Source of the DNA: Chloroflexota bacterium
GTDB taxonomy: Bacteria; Chloroflexota; UBA11872; VXNJ01
Direction of reading: 5' to 3'
NCBI GenBank assembly: GCA_965261345.1
Contig: OZ253449.1
Location: 2,304,001-2,368,000, forward strand
Length of the DNA stretch: 64,000 nucleotides
Part shown: one piece after another, positions 13,036-23,339 of the stretch
How positions within the stretch are numbered: position 1 is the first letter of the stretch
How the letters are laid out: each line of letters opens with the position of its first letter
Notes under the pieces: model-generated
Told to the model about the DNA's origin: nothing
What the model saw: only the letters and a program-made list of their open reading frames with translations
Database searches by the model: none
Made by a program: the position numbers and the translations under genes

Positions 13036-13499
13036 CGGTTAATTTCCTTTCGCAAGTTGGGCCGTTGGCCCAGTCTTGGGTTTCCCTGGCCAAGCGTGGA
13101 CTCCGGGATATCGATGACCTAATGGCGCAAAGATCTCACCGGTGAGGGATCACCGCATTAAACCTACACAAGTCATCGCTTTTCTGGGTTCGGACATGTT
13201 TCTACCAAAACTGACCCGCATTTTTGCGACAACGATTGAACACCATTTCTGGACGTTGCAACGGCTCAGTCGAAGGAAGTATGGCGCTGGAATTACCCTT
13301 CGCACAGACAGTGCTGGCCACCGCCCCCAGGTTTGGACTTGAGGCCTCGCGTACCGGGGTGTTCGAAGCTGCTGGCCGGCGCTGGGGTGATTCCGCGCTC
13401 TCCCAGTCCGGCTCGCGGCGGGGTATGATTCACGTCTGGCAATTAATCCTGTTCGCTCCCTTAAACCGCAAGGACTGACAGAAGAAAGCAGGGACCGCA

Positions 13500-13973
13500 A
13501 TGGCAATCACACTAAAAGCGGGCGATGCAGCTCCGGATTTCGAGCTCACCGATCAGGACGGAAATCTGCATTCGCTTGGCAAATACTGGGGAAGCACGGT
13601 CGTCCTCTACTTTTACCCCCGCGACGACACACCAGGTTGCACGACGCAGGCCTGTTCATTCCGAGATGCGCATGATGAAATCGCCGCTGAGGATGCGGTC
13701 GTGCTTGGAGTCTCCGTCGACGACGCGGATTCGCACCAGCGCTTCCGTGAGAGCCATGGACTCCCATTCCCGCTGCTAGTCGACGAAGAGGCGATGGTCG
13801 CCAAAAGGTACGGCTCCTGGGGTGAGAAAGTACTTTACGGTCGTCGGTTCGTGGGAATGACGCGTTCAACTTTCATAATCGGCCCCGATGGTCGACTGAC
13901 CAAGGTGTGGAAACGGGCCCGCGCGGCAGAGCACGGCGAAGCGGTGCTCAAGGCCATCCGCGCGTCCGCTTAA
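13500..13973 (+). CDS. bcp: Thioredoxin-dependent thiol peroxidase (Bcp/PrxQ)
   Basis: YFYPRDDTPGCTTQAC motif and RSTFII. Confidence 0.93.
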   Translation: MAITLKAGDAAPDFELTDQDGNLHSLGKYWGSTVVLYFYPRDDTPGCTTQACSFRDAHDEIAAEDAVVLGVSVDDADSHQRFRESHGLPFPLLVDEEAMVAKRYGSWGEKVLYGRRFVGMTRSTFIIGPDGRLTKVWKRARAAEHGEAVLKAIRASA

Positions 13974-14650
13974 TTGGAGGGGCAACTCGGCTCCACGAAC
14001 GTTCAATAGGCACAAACGGCCGTACGCTGCGGACCGCGCGCCGCCGCCCACCATCCAGTGATCGTTATTGGCGATAGTTCCGTCTAAGAGTTTGCCGATG
14101 GAGCAAGAAGCCGTTTTGACTACGAAATGTTGTTCGCGGACATTGAGAAGTGCCCGCCGGCGGACATGTATCTCTGCACATAGGTGGCCAACAAACTGCC
14201 CATGCGTGGGCAGTTTGTTGAAGGCGCCGCGACCGGCCTGATTTCTCTAATTGGACGCCCTGCCGCAGGCTGATCCGAACACCTCCTCTCCGGCGGCGGC
14301 GTCAGTTGTTCCTACCCCGATTTTGGCCAAAGCTGCCCGCCACAAACCGGTTTGCGCCAAGGGTCCGGGGTCACAACCGCCCGTCAGAACCGCTGTATGG
14401 GCCTCCTGGCGGCCATGCTTTTTGCAGATGTTGTCTATATCGACTGAATTGGGGGCCGCATGGCGTCAATCGGCCCGCAGCGGCGGGGGCGCTTTTCCCG
14501 CATTCGATTTCCGGGCGGGCAGGTTGAGGCGGCCTGCCGTGGCGCAGACCGTCCAATTTGCCCGCATGCACGGCAGCGGCCCGGATCCGGTATTGGACGG
14601 GGCCGCTGCAATCGTTACCGCGACGAGCATTTCATCACTTCGGGCAAGGG

Positions 14651-15418
14651 TTATCCGGTCAGCGGCGCCACTCCTTGCCCGGCCATCGCCTGGGTTAAGC
14701 GAATGCTCTCACCCGAGGTCGGGTGGGCATGGGCGTGGTGGAGTAGTCTGTCCACGGTCGCATTGGCCAGTGATTTGGGCAGGATCTCGTCAAAGCCCGA
14801 CGGATGCAAGTTCGAGGAGACGGCCACCGAGCGCCGTTCGTAGGCGGCGTCAACTACCCGGAAGAACGCCTCGGCGGTCTCCTGGCCTACCGGCAGCAGC
14901 CCGATGTCGTCGATGACGATCAGGTCCGCCTTCAAAAGCTTTCTTACCGCCCTGCCGACCGAGTCATCGACCCGGTGGCGCTTGACCAGCTGTCCCAGCT
15001 CTTCCAGCGCGAACCAGGACACCCGGTAGCCGCGCTCTACCGCCAGTTGGCCGAGAGCCTCCAGGAAATGGGACTTGCCGGTACCGGACGGACCGTATAG
15101 GACCACGTTCTCTTTGCGTTCTATCCATTCCAGGGTCATAAGCGATCGCCGGGTGGGTTCGGGGATCGAGGAGAGCTCGCCGTCCCAGCTGTCAAGCGTC
15201 TTCCCTGAGGGAAACCCGGCCGCCTTGCGGCGCAGCTCCCGCGACGAGGCCGCCCTCCCGGCGATCTCCTCGTCCAGGAGCGCCTTCAGCGCCTCGGCCG
15301 GATCCCAGCGCTGCGACTTTGCGGTCCTAAGCAGCTCCGGGGCGGCCTTTCGCATGTGCGGCAGGCGCAGGGTGCGCAGCTGGCCCACCACCTCGTCGAT
15401 TACCTGTGGGGGCCTCAT
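14651..15418 (-). CDS. istB: IS21 helper ATPase IstB
   Basis: Walker A GPSGTGKS, Walker B LIVIDDIG, and DRLLHH. Confidence 0.95.
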   Translation of the reverse strand: MRPPQVIDEVVGQLRTLRLPHMRKAAPELLRTAKSQRWDPAEALKALLDEEIAGRAASSRELRRKAAGFPSGKTLDSWDGELSSIPEPTRRSLMTLEWIERKENVVLYGPSGTGKSHFLEALGQLAVERGYRVSWFALEELGQLVKRHRVDDSVGRAVRKLLKADLIVIDDIGLLPVGQETAEAFFRVVDAAYERRSVAVSSNLHPSGFDEILPKSLANATVDRLLHHAHAHPTSGESIRLTQAMAGQGVAPLTG

Positions 15419-16905
15419 CGGTCGCCTCCGGTTGCGCCGAAGTCCTGCCAGCGGCCGGTGCCGTCCTGCAGGAACGAGTCCTCGGACGCCTGGTACAGCG
15501 GTCCGCTCGAGGCGGCGGCGATGGAGGCGATGTCGCCGAAGCCGAAGCGCCCCACCTCCGACGCCACCCCCAGGGCGGCATCGATTGCCTCACAGCCGTC
15601 AAGGCGCGAGAGTTCGACTATCTCCTCGAGCTTCTCCTTCAGCCGGGCGGCACCGGCCGCGCAGGCGGCCCTGAGCCATACCGCCGCGCCGGGGCCGATG
15701 GCCAGGAACTCCTTCTCTACCTGGTTGCGCGGCCTTGGCCGGCGTGCCAGCGGTCCCGACGGAGTCTTCGGATAATGGCTATCGACAACTACCCGCTGCC
15801 CGCGGCCGACCTTCCGGTGTCGGGCCACCTCGATGACGCCGTGATCGGTCTCGGCGCTCACGATCACCATAGCGCCGCGTTCGCGCACCCAGACGATCTC
15901 CTCGCTATAGATGTGCGGCACCGAGTACCAGGCCGATCGCCAGGCCACCAGGGAGGTGTCGGAGACGGTGCGGGTCTTGCCCAGGGCGACGCTGAAGACG
16001 CGGTTGGGCAGAGGGTGCAGGGAATCACGTTCGATTGCGAGCATTTCCATCGGGGGGCGTTTGGTGATCGAGTGCTCACGGGTGTTAACGCGCCGCATGA
16101 ATTCATCGCAGGCGTCGGCCAGCTCGTTCCAGGACGAGTACTCCGGCAACAGGTTGTGATCGGTGGGGACAAGATCGGCCTTGGCGATTTTCACGGTCGC
16201 CTCGGAACCGCCCTTCGTGGCCGGATCCGCTATCTGGCAGGTGGCGATCGCGCAGCCGTGGAAGCGCCCGAACTTGACCATCAGCGGGTGTCTGACGGCG
16301 ATGCTGGCCACGAATTCTTTGGAGACGGTCTTCTCGTTGTCGGTGAGCCAGTTGGAGGGCACGCCGCCGAACCAGGACTGGGCCTCGGCGAGGCAGCCGA
16401 TCAGGGTCTCCAGTCGGCGGTCCCGGGTCGGCAGTACCACCCGGTACCTTGACCAGGACAGCCAGACGCAGAAGAGGTTGCTCGCCTCCCTGTTTACCGG
16501 CGGCCCCTTGGCCCAGTCCCACTGCGCCCACTTGCCCGGTTCGGTTATCCAGGGCCGAAATACCCGGCGGTTTTGCTTTTTGTAGGCCTGCTTGGCTTTT
16601 GCCACCGCCCGGCGGGTGGTGCGTTCAGAGCCCGTGTAACCCAGCTTCATGAGTCGTTGGTGGCACTTGTCGGCCCTTATCCGGCCGCGCGATTGTTGCA
16701 CCAGGTCGTCGATAAGGGGGCGGTGGGGGTCGATGAGCGATAACCGGGGCCGGCGCACCGGTTCTCCCAATTGGCCCAGCGCGCGCTTTTGCACGTAGCT
16801 GGCCACGGTGTGGTGCGAGCAGCCGCATTCTTGGGCCGTGGCCCTAAGTGAAAGGGTGCGATCGTAGACCTTGAGAATCCGCATTACTTCCTCCGAAGAT
16901 TTCAT
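15415..16905 (-). CDS. istA: IS21 transposase IstA
   Basis: N-terminal HTH, QWDW, LTDNEK and KGGSE; 4-bp overlap with istB. Confidence 0.95.
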   Translation of the reverse strand: MKSSEEVMRILKVYDRTLSLRATAQECGCSHHTVASYVQKRALGQLGEPVRRPRLSLIDPHRPLIDDLVQQSRGRIRADKCHQRLMKLGYTGSERTTRRAVAKAKQAYKKQNRRVFRPWITEPGKWAQWDWAKGPPVNREASNLFCVWLSWSRYRVVLPTRDRRLETLIGCLAEAQSWFGGVPSNWLTDNEKTVSKEFVASIAVRHPLMVKFGRFHGCAIATCQIADPATKGGSEATVKIAKADLVPTDHNLLPEYSSWNELADACDEFMRRVNTREHSITKRPPMEMLAIERDSLHPLPNRVFSVALGKTRTVSDTSLVAWRSAWYSVPHIYSEEIVWVRERGAMVIVSAETDHGVIEVARHRKVGRGQRVVVDSHYPKTPSGPLARRPRPRNQVEKEFLAIGPGAAVWLRAACAAGAARLKEKLEEIVELSRLDGCEAIDAALGVASEVGRFGFGDIASIAAASSGPLYQASEDSFLQDGTGRWQDFGATGGDR

Positions 16906-17242
16906 ATGGCGATTCCGGTTGCCGCTGGAGTTGAGAAACCAGCTAAGTCAAACCGGGGCAGCCTCCGCCGGGGGCCCGTCAGGGTTTCCGGCGGGTTACT
17001 AGATCAGCGAGAAATCAGGTCGATTAACGGTTCCTTCGTGGTCGCTTTTGGGCAGTTTTACGTGGCCGCAGGATCGTTAGGGCGGGCAATTCCGTGGCCG
17101 CCAATGGGCGATCTTTCGTGTCCGCCCACAAATGTTCTAGATGCGGCCATCGTCAGGCTGCGTAGGTTGATCGATTGCGGATGGAAATGCGCAGTTACAC
17201 GTTGACCGGCAGCGCCCGCTGGCGAGGTAGTGCCAAGATACG

Positions 17243-18058
17243 CTAGGTCGCTTGCGCCAGGCAGCCCCGGATGTAGCGGGCGGTCTCCCGCAGCGTTTGA
17301 TCGCGTGGCTCGGCAACACTGCACTCCAGCGCTCCGTAGCCCTCGTAACCGATGTCGCGCAGCGCCCGGAAGCCGCTGACAAAATCAGTGTGCCCGCGTC
17401 CGGGGACCTGGCGATTGCTGTCGGCAAGGTGAATATGCCGTACGTGTCGCGCGGATCCTGTCAGGCTGGCTGCGATATCGGCTTCCTCAACGTTCATGTG
17501 GAAAAAGTCGGCCACCAGCTTCAAGCCGGGACTCCCCACCTCATCGCAGATCGATGCCGCTTCGGCCAGGTTTTGAGGGAAGTTGGATTCATAGCGGACC
17601 AGCGGCTCGATCAGGATGCACACGCCCAAGTCAACCGCCTCCTGCGCCAGCGGTCGCATGATCGCTACCAGCAATTCGCGTTGTAGCTGCTCGGTTGTGG
17701 CGTAGGGCTCAAGGCTAGGGATCCGAGGATCACGGTTAAACAGCGGGACCACAACACAGCCGATTGCTCCGATGCTGGCGGCTAGGTTGAGCACCTGGCG
17801 GAGCTGCTGGACTGCGGCCTTGCGATTGGCCTGATCGCGGTGGACGAACTGGGCGCTGGTCCCGCCACAAATCGTGCTCGCCTGGATCGGACTATCGGCC
17901 AGGGTGGACTTGATCTCGTCCACGCGCGAGGGCAATCGGCCGTCGAAGCCGGTCACCTCCACGCCGTCGTAGCCCCACGTGACCAGATTGGCCAGTCGAT
18001 CAGCGAACGTATTGCCGGGTACTAAGTGTTCCTGACAGGACAGCTTCATCGTTGGCAC
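17243..18058 (-). CDS. Sugar phosphate isomerase/epimerase (TIM barrel)
   Basis: IEPLVRYE, DFFHMNVEE, HIHLADSNR and PGRGHTDF motifs. Confidence 0.88.
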   Translation of the reverse strand: MPTMKLSCQEHLVPGNTFADRLANLVTWGYDGVEVTGFDGRLPSRVDEIKSTLADSPIQASTICGGTSAQFVHRDQANRKAAVQQLRQVLNLAASIGAIGCVVVPLFNRDPRIPSLEPYATTEQLQRELLVAIMRPLAQEAVDLGVCILIEPLVRYESNFPQNLAEAASICDEVGSPGLKLVADFFHMNVEEADIAASLTGSARHVRHIHLADSNRQVPGRGHTDFVSGFRALRDIGYEGYGALECSVAEPRDQTLRETARYIRGCLAQAT

Positions 18059-18337
18059 CGCTCTGGGTTAGGTCGCAATTATTGTCCGGCAATTTCTGGC
18101 GTCGCTCGCGGCAAATCCATCGGCATGCGCCGCTGTCATCGCATACGCTGGCAATTGACTCTGCTCACCGGAGATTAACGCGCTCCGGGTAGCAGCACTC
18201 CCTGAGTTGGTTCAGGATCATTCGCAGGCCAAGCGGGCGAGGGCGCAAGGAAGTTCTCGCGCCGTCCGGTGCAGGGTTTTGCGATGGGCTTGTATATACC
18301 CCTAGGATTAATTGCCCTGTCGAAATTTAGCGGTTAC

Positions 18338-19081
18338 ATGAAAAAAATCAACGATACCCTGGTCAAAGATGCGGTTCGGCAGGCGTACGGCCAACTGGCG
18401 CGCCAATCTGATGCCTCACCAGACAAATGCTGTGAGCCGGCACCGTCGCGCCTCTACTGCGGGGGCGAAACCGAGGGACTTCCCGATGGCACCATTGCGG
18501 CTTCAGCCGGGTGCGGGAACCCGCACGCGATTGGAACCCTGCGCGAAGGGGAAACGGTGGTCGACTTCGGCAGCGGCGGCGGAATCGACTGCTTCATTGC
18601 AGCCCGCGCGGTGGGTCCCCGCGGCCGCGTGGTCGGCATTGACATGACCGCCGACATGGTTGATCTGGCCCGCAAAGGCGCCAACGAGGCCGGTCTGGAA
18701 AATGTCGAATTCCACCTCGCCGAGATGGAGGCCACGCCGCTGGCGGATGCCTCCGTGGATGCGATCATCACCAACTGCGTAATCAATCTGGCCCCTGACA
18801 AGGACCGGGTTTTCGCCGAGGCCTTCCGCATCCTTCGGCCCGGCGGTCGACTGATGATCTCCGACCTGGTGCGGACCAGCGAGGATCCGGCCGATGCGGC
18901 CGGATCGCTCGACGACTGGGTCTCCTGCCTTGCCGGAACCGAGCCGCGCGAGGTCTACCTGCGGCGGATTCGTAACGCCGGTTTCGAGCCGGTGGAGGTA
19001 ATGGCTGCTGAACCCTGGCGCAGCGAGCGCTGGCACGGAACGCTGGAGAGCGCCAGCATCATCGCTGGCAAACCCGAATAA
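18338..19081 (+). CDS. arsM: Arsenite methyltransferase-like SAM-dependent methyltransferase
   Basis: N-terminal CC, GCGNP, VVDFGSGGGIDC, NCVINL and WVSCLAG conserved Cys pattern. Confidence 0.8.
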   Translation: MKKINDTLVKDAVRQAYGQLARQSDASPDKCCEPAPSRLYCGGETEGLPDGTIAASAGCGNPHAIGTLREGETVVDFGSGGGIDCFIAARAVGPRGRVVGIDMTADMVDLARKGANEAGLENVEFHLAEMEATPLADASVDAIITNCVINLAPDKDRVFAEAFRILRPGGRLMISDLVRTSEDPADAAGSLDDWVSCLAGTEPREVYLRRIRNAGFEPVEVMAAEPWRSERWHGTLESASIIAGKPE

Positions 19082-19099
19082 TAGCGGCCCCAAGGCGTG

Positions 19100-20320
19100 G
19101 GCGGCAATAACGACCGGAGTGCCGAGGCTTACTTTGCCGATGCAGATGAAGTCGACCGACAACCCTTCGCGCCAGGCATGCTGCGACCCATAGGGCTCCT
19201 CGCCGGCCAGGAGCAGCCCGCGCCCGTGGCGCTGATTGGTGGTCCGGGGAAGGTCGTTGGCACGAAGTTTTCGGTATCAAGCGGGCCGGAGAGCTCAGCC
19301 CGCAGCCGTGCAACGCCGCTGCCATCAAAAACCGAGAAGGACGCGCGCCGGGAAATCCCCAGCCGGTCCAGATCGGAATCGGAGAGCGCCAACCCCAGGC
19401 CGGGTTGTTTCACCAACAGGATGGCCGGCATTCCCACCCGCGCGATTAGGTCGGCGATCAATTGATCGGGCTCGGCAAGCTGCCGCGGGCCGTCGACCAG
19501 GAAAAGGGCCAGGTCGGCCCGGCCTCGCCGAGCGCGCGCTCGGTGCGCGCGATTCGCTCAGACTCGGTTGCCCCGGGCCCGGACCTTACCTCGGCGGTAT
19601 CAGATAGCACCACCATCAGGCCGTCGTCGTGAGTGGTTCCTCCAGGGCATCGCGGGTGTCCCGGCCTCGACGATAGCGATCGCAAGGTTGCGTCCCAACA
19701 GCAGATTCATGGTCGAATATTTGCCGGCGTCGGGGGCGTCCACCAATGCTTTGCGCAGACCTGCGCCCAGCAGTTGGCCGGTATCTGACCTCGCCGAAGC
19801 GGCGGCGACCTCAGTCTGCGCCGTCGCCAGCATCTCCCTCCTAATCGTCTCGTGCGTAAGCGACGAGACATCGTCTTCGGCCAAATCGATCTCGGCCTCC
19901 AGCGGTGCGCGCGGGTCGATCAGCCGTCTCGGGATTGCGTGCACCCGACCTGTCGACGATCCGCCCAACAGCGCGCGCCTACTTTTGCGAGAGGTAATTG
20001 GGCGCGGCCACCATGTCGGGCACCGCCCCGGGGCGGACCAGATCAAGGCGCCCGCTCAAAATAGCGTGCACCGTAATTTCACTCGGTTCGGCCGGCCAGC
20101 GAGATGATCGAAATATGCGGGTGCGGCGCCGACGTCGTGGTCGAACTGGAAGGCAAGCCGGGTGGACTGAAACTGGCTGCTGACATGCTGCTGCGCTGGC
20201 GCGCGGCGTCTCTCCAAAGGAAATGATCGTGACCAATCGTCTCCCGCTGGATCGCATCGGCGATTGCGGCGTTGTTGTCCCGGGCGCCTGAGCGTTGGCC
20301 AGGAAACGCTCCCGAGGGTC
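19100..20320 (-). pseudogene. mnmE: Heavily eroded tRNA modification GTPase MnmE/TrmE
   Basis: Fragments in several frames: AEPSEITVHAILSGRLDL, RAPLEAEIDLAEDD, degenerate P-loop DAPDAGKYSTMNLLLGRNLAI, PGGTTHD and VLSDTAEVR. Boundaries approximate. Confidence 0.75.
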
Positions 20321-20805
20321 GCGGCGGTCCCGATTCCATTTATCTTGACAATTTCGGTAAAGAATCGAGCCGAGCGCTGATTGCAATCAACCCGCACGCA
20401 CGCCACGGGGTGGCGGCGCTGGTAGATCATGCCCAGGAGGCACCGCAAATACGCCGCGCCCAGGCTATTGCCGGGCGCCAGCGCGTACCGCCCAGCATTC
20501 TGAGTCCGGTGCTTGGCTTCGCAGGTGCGGTCCGGGCTCGTGCGCTCGCGGCGCCAACGGCGGCTACCAGCTGGCGGTCGCCTCCACCGGTTTAACCCTC
20601 GATCGAATCCTCTTCTAGCTAGGCATGGAACCGCCCGGGAACGGTTGCATCGGCATGGAAAAGGCCGAACAGACGGCGCTGGTGGCGATGCCCCGAACCA
20701 ACCTGGCCGACCTGGCGCTGCAGAGTGCCAGCGACGTTGCCGGCTGCCAAATCTAGTCGGGCGCCGCTCGGAAGAGAGCGGGGTCAACCCAGCGACGATC
20801 AGCTT

Positions 20806-21540
20806 TTAAGGGTAAGCCTGCACCGCCGGGGTGATCACCAGCTCCGGGATCGCTGCACGCGGGTGCAACGTCGCGACAAACAGCGCCGCGTCGGCCACAT
20901 CCTCGGGTTGGAGCATGAGCGCCCGGCTTTCGGAAGAGGGAACGATCGACCTTTTCTCCAGAAACGGCGTATCCACTTCGCCCGGATTGATGACGCAGCA
21001 TCTAATGCCGTTTGCCCCTTCCTCCAGGTGACCGGTCAGACTCAGTGCGCGAACGCCATGTTTGCTGGCCCCGTAAGCAGCTCCAGTGACCACCGATGCA
21101 CGAAGTCCCCCGACCGAAGAAACCGTTATTACCACGCCGTCCCCACGTTCGCGCATACCAGGCAGAACCGCCTGCATCAGGTAAAACGGCGCATTCAGAT
21201 TCACCCGCACGACGGCGTCAAAGTCCTCGCGGCTAACTTTGGCGAGCGCGCGGTCGGTCACGTTGATTCCGGCATTGTTGACCAGGATGTCGATTTGCGG
21301 CAATCGATCGATCGCCCAGGCGACTAAGCCGTCGACCGCGCTTGCATCACCTATGTCGGCGGGGTAGGGATGCAGCCGCCGGCCGACCGTGTCGGCGCTA
21401 GCTTTCGCCCGTTCCAGTTTTTGGGGCGTTCGCCCGACCGTGACGACCTCGGCACCCTCACTTGCAAATAGCCGAGCCACGGCTTGGCCGATTCCGCTCC
21501 CCGCGCCGGTCACGATCACGCCCTTCCCTTCAAGTTTCAT
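20806..21540 (-). CDS. SDR family oxidoreductase
   Basis: TGAGSGIG, NNAG and YGASK; start at MKLEGK. Confidence 0.93.
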   Translation of the reverse strand: MKLEGKGVIVTGAGSGIGQAVARLFASEGAEVVTVGRTPQKLERAKASADTVGRRLHPYPADIGDASAVDGLVAWAIDRLPQIDILVNNAGINVTDRALAKVSREDFDAVVRVNLNAPFYLMQAVLPGMRERGDGVVITVSSVGGLRASVVTGAAYGASKHGVRALSLTGHLEEGANGIRCCVINPGEVDTPFLEKRSIVPSSESRALMLQPEDVADAALFVATLHPRAAIPELVITPAVQAYP

Positions 21541-21589
21541 CGCTCTGCTTTCAATAGGCTCATTTGGCAATATAACCCCGTATCTTGGC

Positions 21590-21890
21590 CGCCGCGGACT
21601 CCGTCCAAACCGTCCGCCTAGAGCATCCTGCCCGCCGCGCGCTGCGGCGGCGTATATCGCCTGCGAGATTTGGTGGTTCGCGACCGGGAGGCCGGCGGCG
21701 GGGCGCTGATCGATATCGGCATGCACATCTTGGGCCTGACCATGTGGCCGATGGGATCCCCCAAACCGGTGAGGCTCGACCTTCGATTACTTCGGCCGTC
21801 GCGACGACATCTACAACCCCTCTGGCCCGCACTACCACGCCGAATTCGATGTTGAAAAATCGGCGTTGCCTGCATCAAATTCGATAACGG
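21590..21890 (+). pseudogene. Gfo/Idh/MocA oxidoreductase fragment
   Basis: WF...GGGALIDIGMHILGLTMWPMGSPKP motif in broken frames. Confidence 0.65.
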
Positions 21891-22468
21891 AAACGGCAAA
21901 AGCATTGGAAAGGGTTGAGCAGGCGGTGCGGCTCGAAAGCGTCGCGGGCCCGTACCATCGCCCCCAACGGCGACCAACTTCTTCGTTGCCGGGCCGCCGC
22001 GTGGCTGAGCTTTGCCGGACCGGTGCAATTTTGGTTTGGCCCTGCGTTTCGCGGGGACAATCCAGCGCCAACGCGTGCGGCCAGGCCGATGCGCGAGCGA
22101 ATGTTTCGGCGTCGGTGCGCCACTACCGACGGTGCTGGCAAACCAGGCTTGGGCGGCGTTCTGGCAGGAGGCGTCGCGACTGCAACCCGATTGTCAGTCC
22201 GACGATGCGGCCGTGGCGGCAATTGTGCTGCCGCAGCTATTCGAGCTTTTGTAGGCCGGGTTCGAGCGCTGGCCCGGGACCCAGTACGAGTTCGTCGATT
22301 GGCGCCGGATCGAGTACGGCTGGGCGCCCGTGGCCCTCACCGCGGCCGAGAGCCCGCGCACGTTCGCAACGGATCGGGCAGCTCGCGAATCCGACGCCCG
22401 GCGACATTTTCAGCAAATTAGCATCGATATTTTCAACCGCGCCCGATAGGAAGGGCATCGTTGGTCGG

Positions 22469-23032
22469 TCAGCGCCAGCGCCGTCGGTGCGCCCAGCCTA
22501 GCCCGGCGCAACCGATGATGGAAATCGATGCGGCCAGGAAATTGAACAGGATGTCAACCGGATCAAAAACGCGGTAGGGAATTACCAACTGGATCGCCTC
22601 GTCTAAGGTGCCGGTCGCGCTGGTAATTGATAGCGCCAGTAACCACGGCCAGCGCACCTGCCGACCCTGTGCCACCCGTTCGGACAGCGCGGCGTAAACA
22701 AAAGTTCCCAACACGCCGTATTCGATCAGGTGTGAACGTTCCACCAATACCGCGGTTCTGAGGAATAGCAGCAAGAAGACTGCAATGGCGCCGATCGCGA
22801 TGACAATCTTGAGCCCATTGGGTTGGGAAACAAGCCCCTGGGTGATTACGGTCGCGGCAACCAATGCCATCCCGGCCAGGAACAATAGGATCGACGCCGG
22901 TCCGAGCAGTCCATGAGCCTGTAGCGCAGCGGCCAGTTCTCCCGCAACCGGCAACGATCCGAAGATCGCCACCACCACTGCCAGAACCCAAAGCCACAGT
23001 TGCCGTTCGCGCCCCGATGAGAAGCACCACAT
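22469..23032 (-). CDS. VanZ-family membrane protein
   Basis: ERSHLIEYGVL and DEAIQLVIPYRVFDPVDILFN. Confidence 0.85.
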   Translation of the reverse strand: MWCFSSGRERQLWLWVLAVVVAIFGSLPVAGELAAALQAHGLLGPASILLFLAGMALVAATVITQGLVSQPNGLKIVIAIGAIAVFLLLFLRTAVLVERSHLIEYGVLGTFVYAALSERVAQGRQVRWPWLLALSITSATGTLDEAIQLVIPYRVFDPVDILFNFLAASISIIGCAGLGWAHRRRWR

Positions 23033-23339
23033 ACCCTACGGCCGAGCCTCGAAGGGATTGCTTTTTGGGTGGAAATTCATCTCCGCGCTCCGAACGCGCC
23101 GCATAGGTGCGAGTGGCGTGGTTACCAATTACAAACATTGGCCGTAGCCATCGCTTCCAACAACATCGCTTGGGTGATCAACGACTTCTAGATTTGCCGG
23201 CCCCGTTGCCTCATCGAGAAATTTAATTGAGATTTGCGACTACATTTTTTGGCCCCAATTCGCGCGAATTGGGGCACGATGTCCCGTCACGCCCGTTTGC
23301 CGCTCCGAAAATGAGCCCTTTTGCCATCACTGCTACGTG

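Larger units (their letters stand above)
14131..17130 (-). mobile_element. IS21-family element (3000 bp)
   Basis: 5-bp TSD AATGT at 14126-14130 and 17131-17135. TG...CA ends (TGTTCGCGGACA / TGTCCGCCCACA) with iterated GGC(G/C)CA...TGCCC-type subterminal repeats; encloses istA-istB. Confidence 0.92.

Noticed and set aside
18338-19081. Possible selenocysteine recoding in arsM (also checked for bcp)
   Set aside because: All relevant positions are ordinary Cys codons, with no in-frame TGA.
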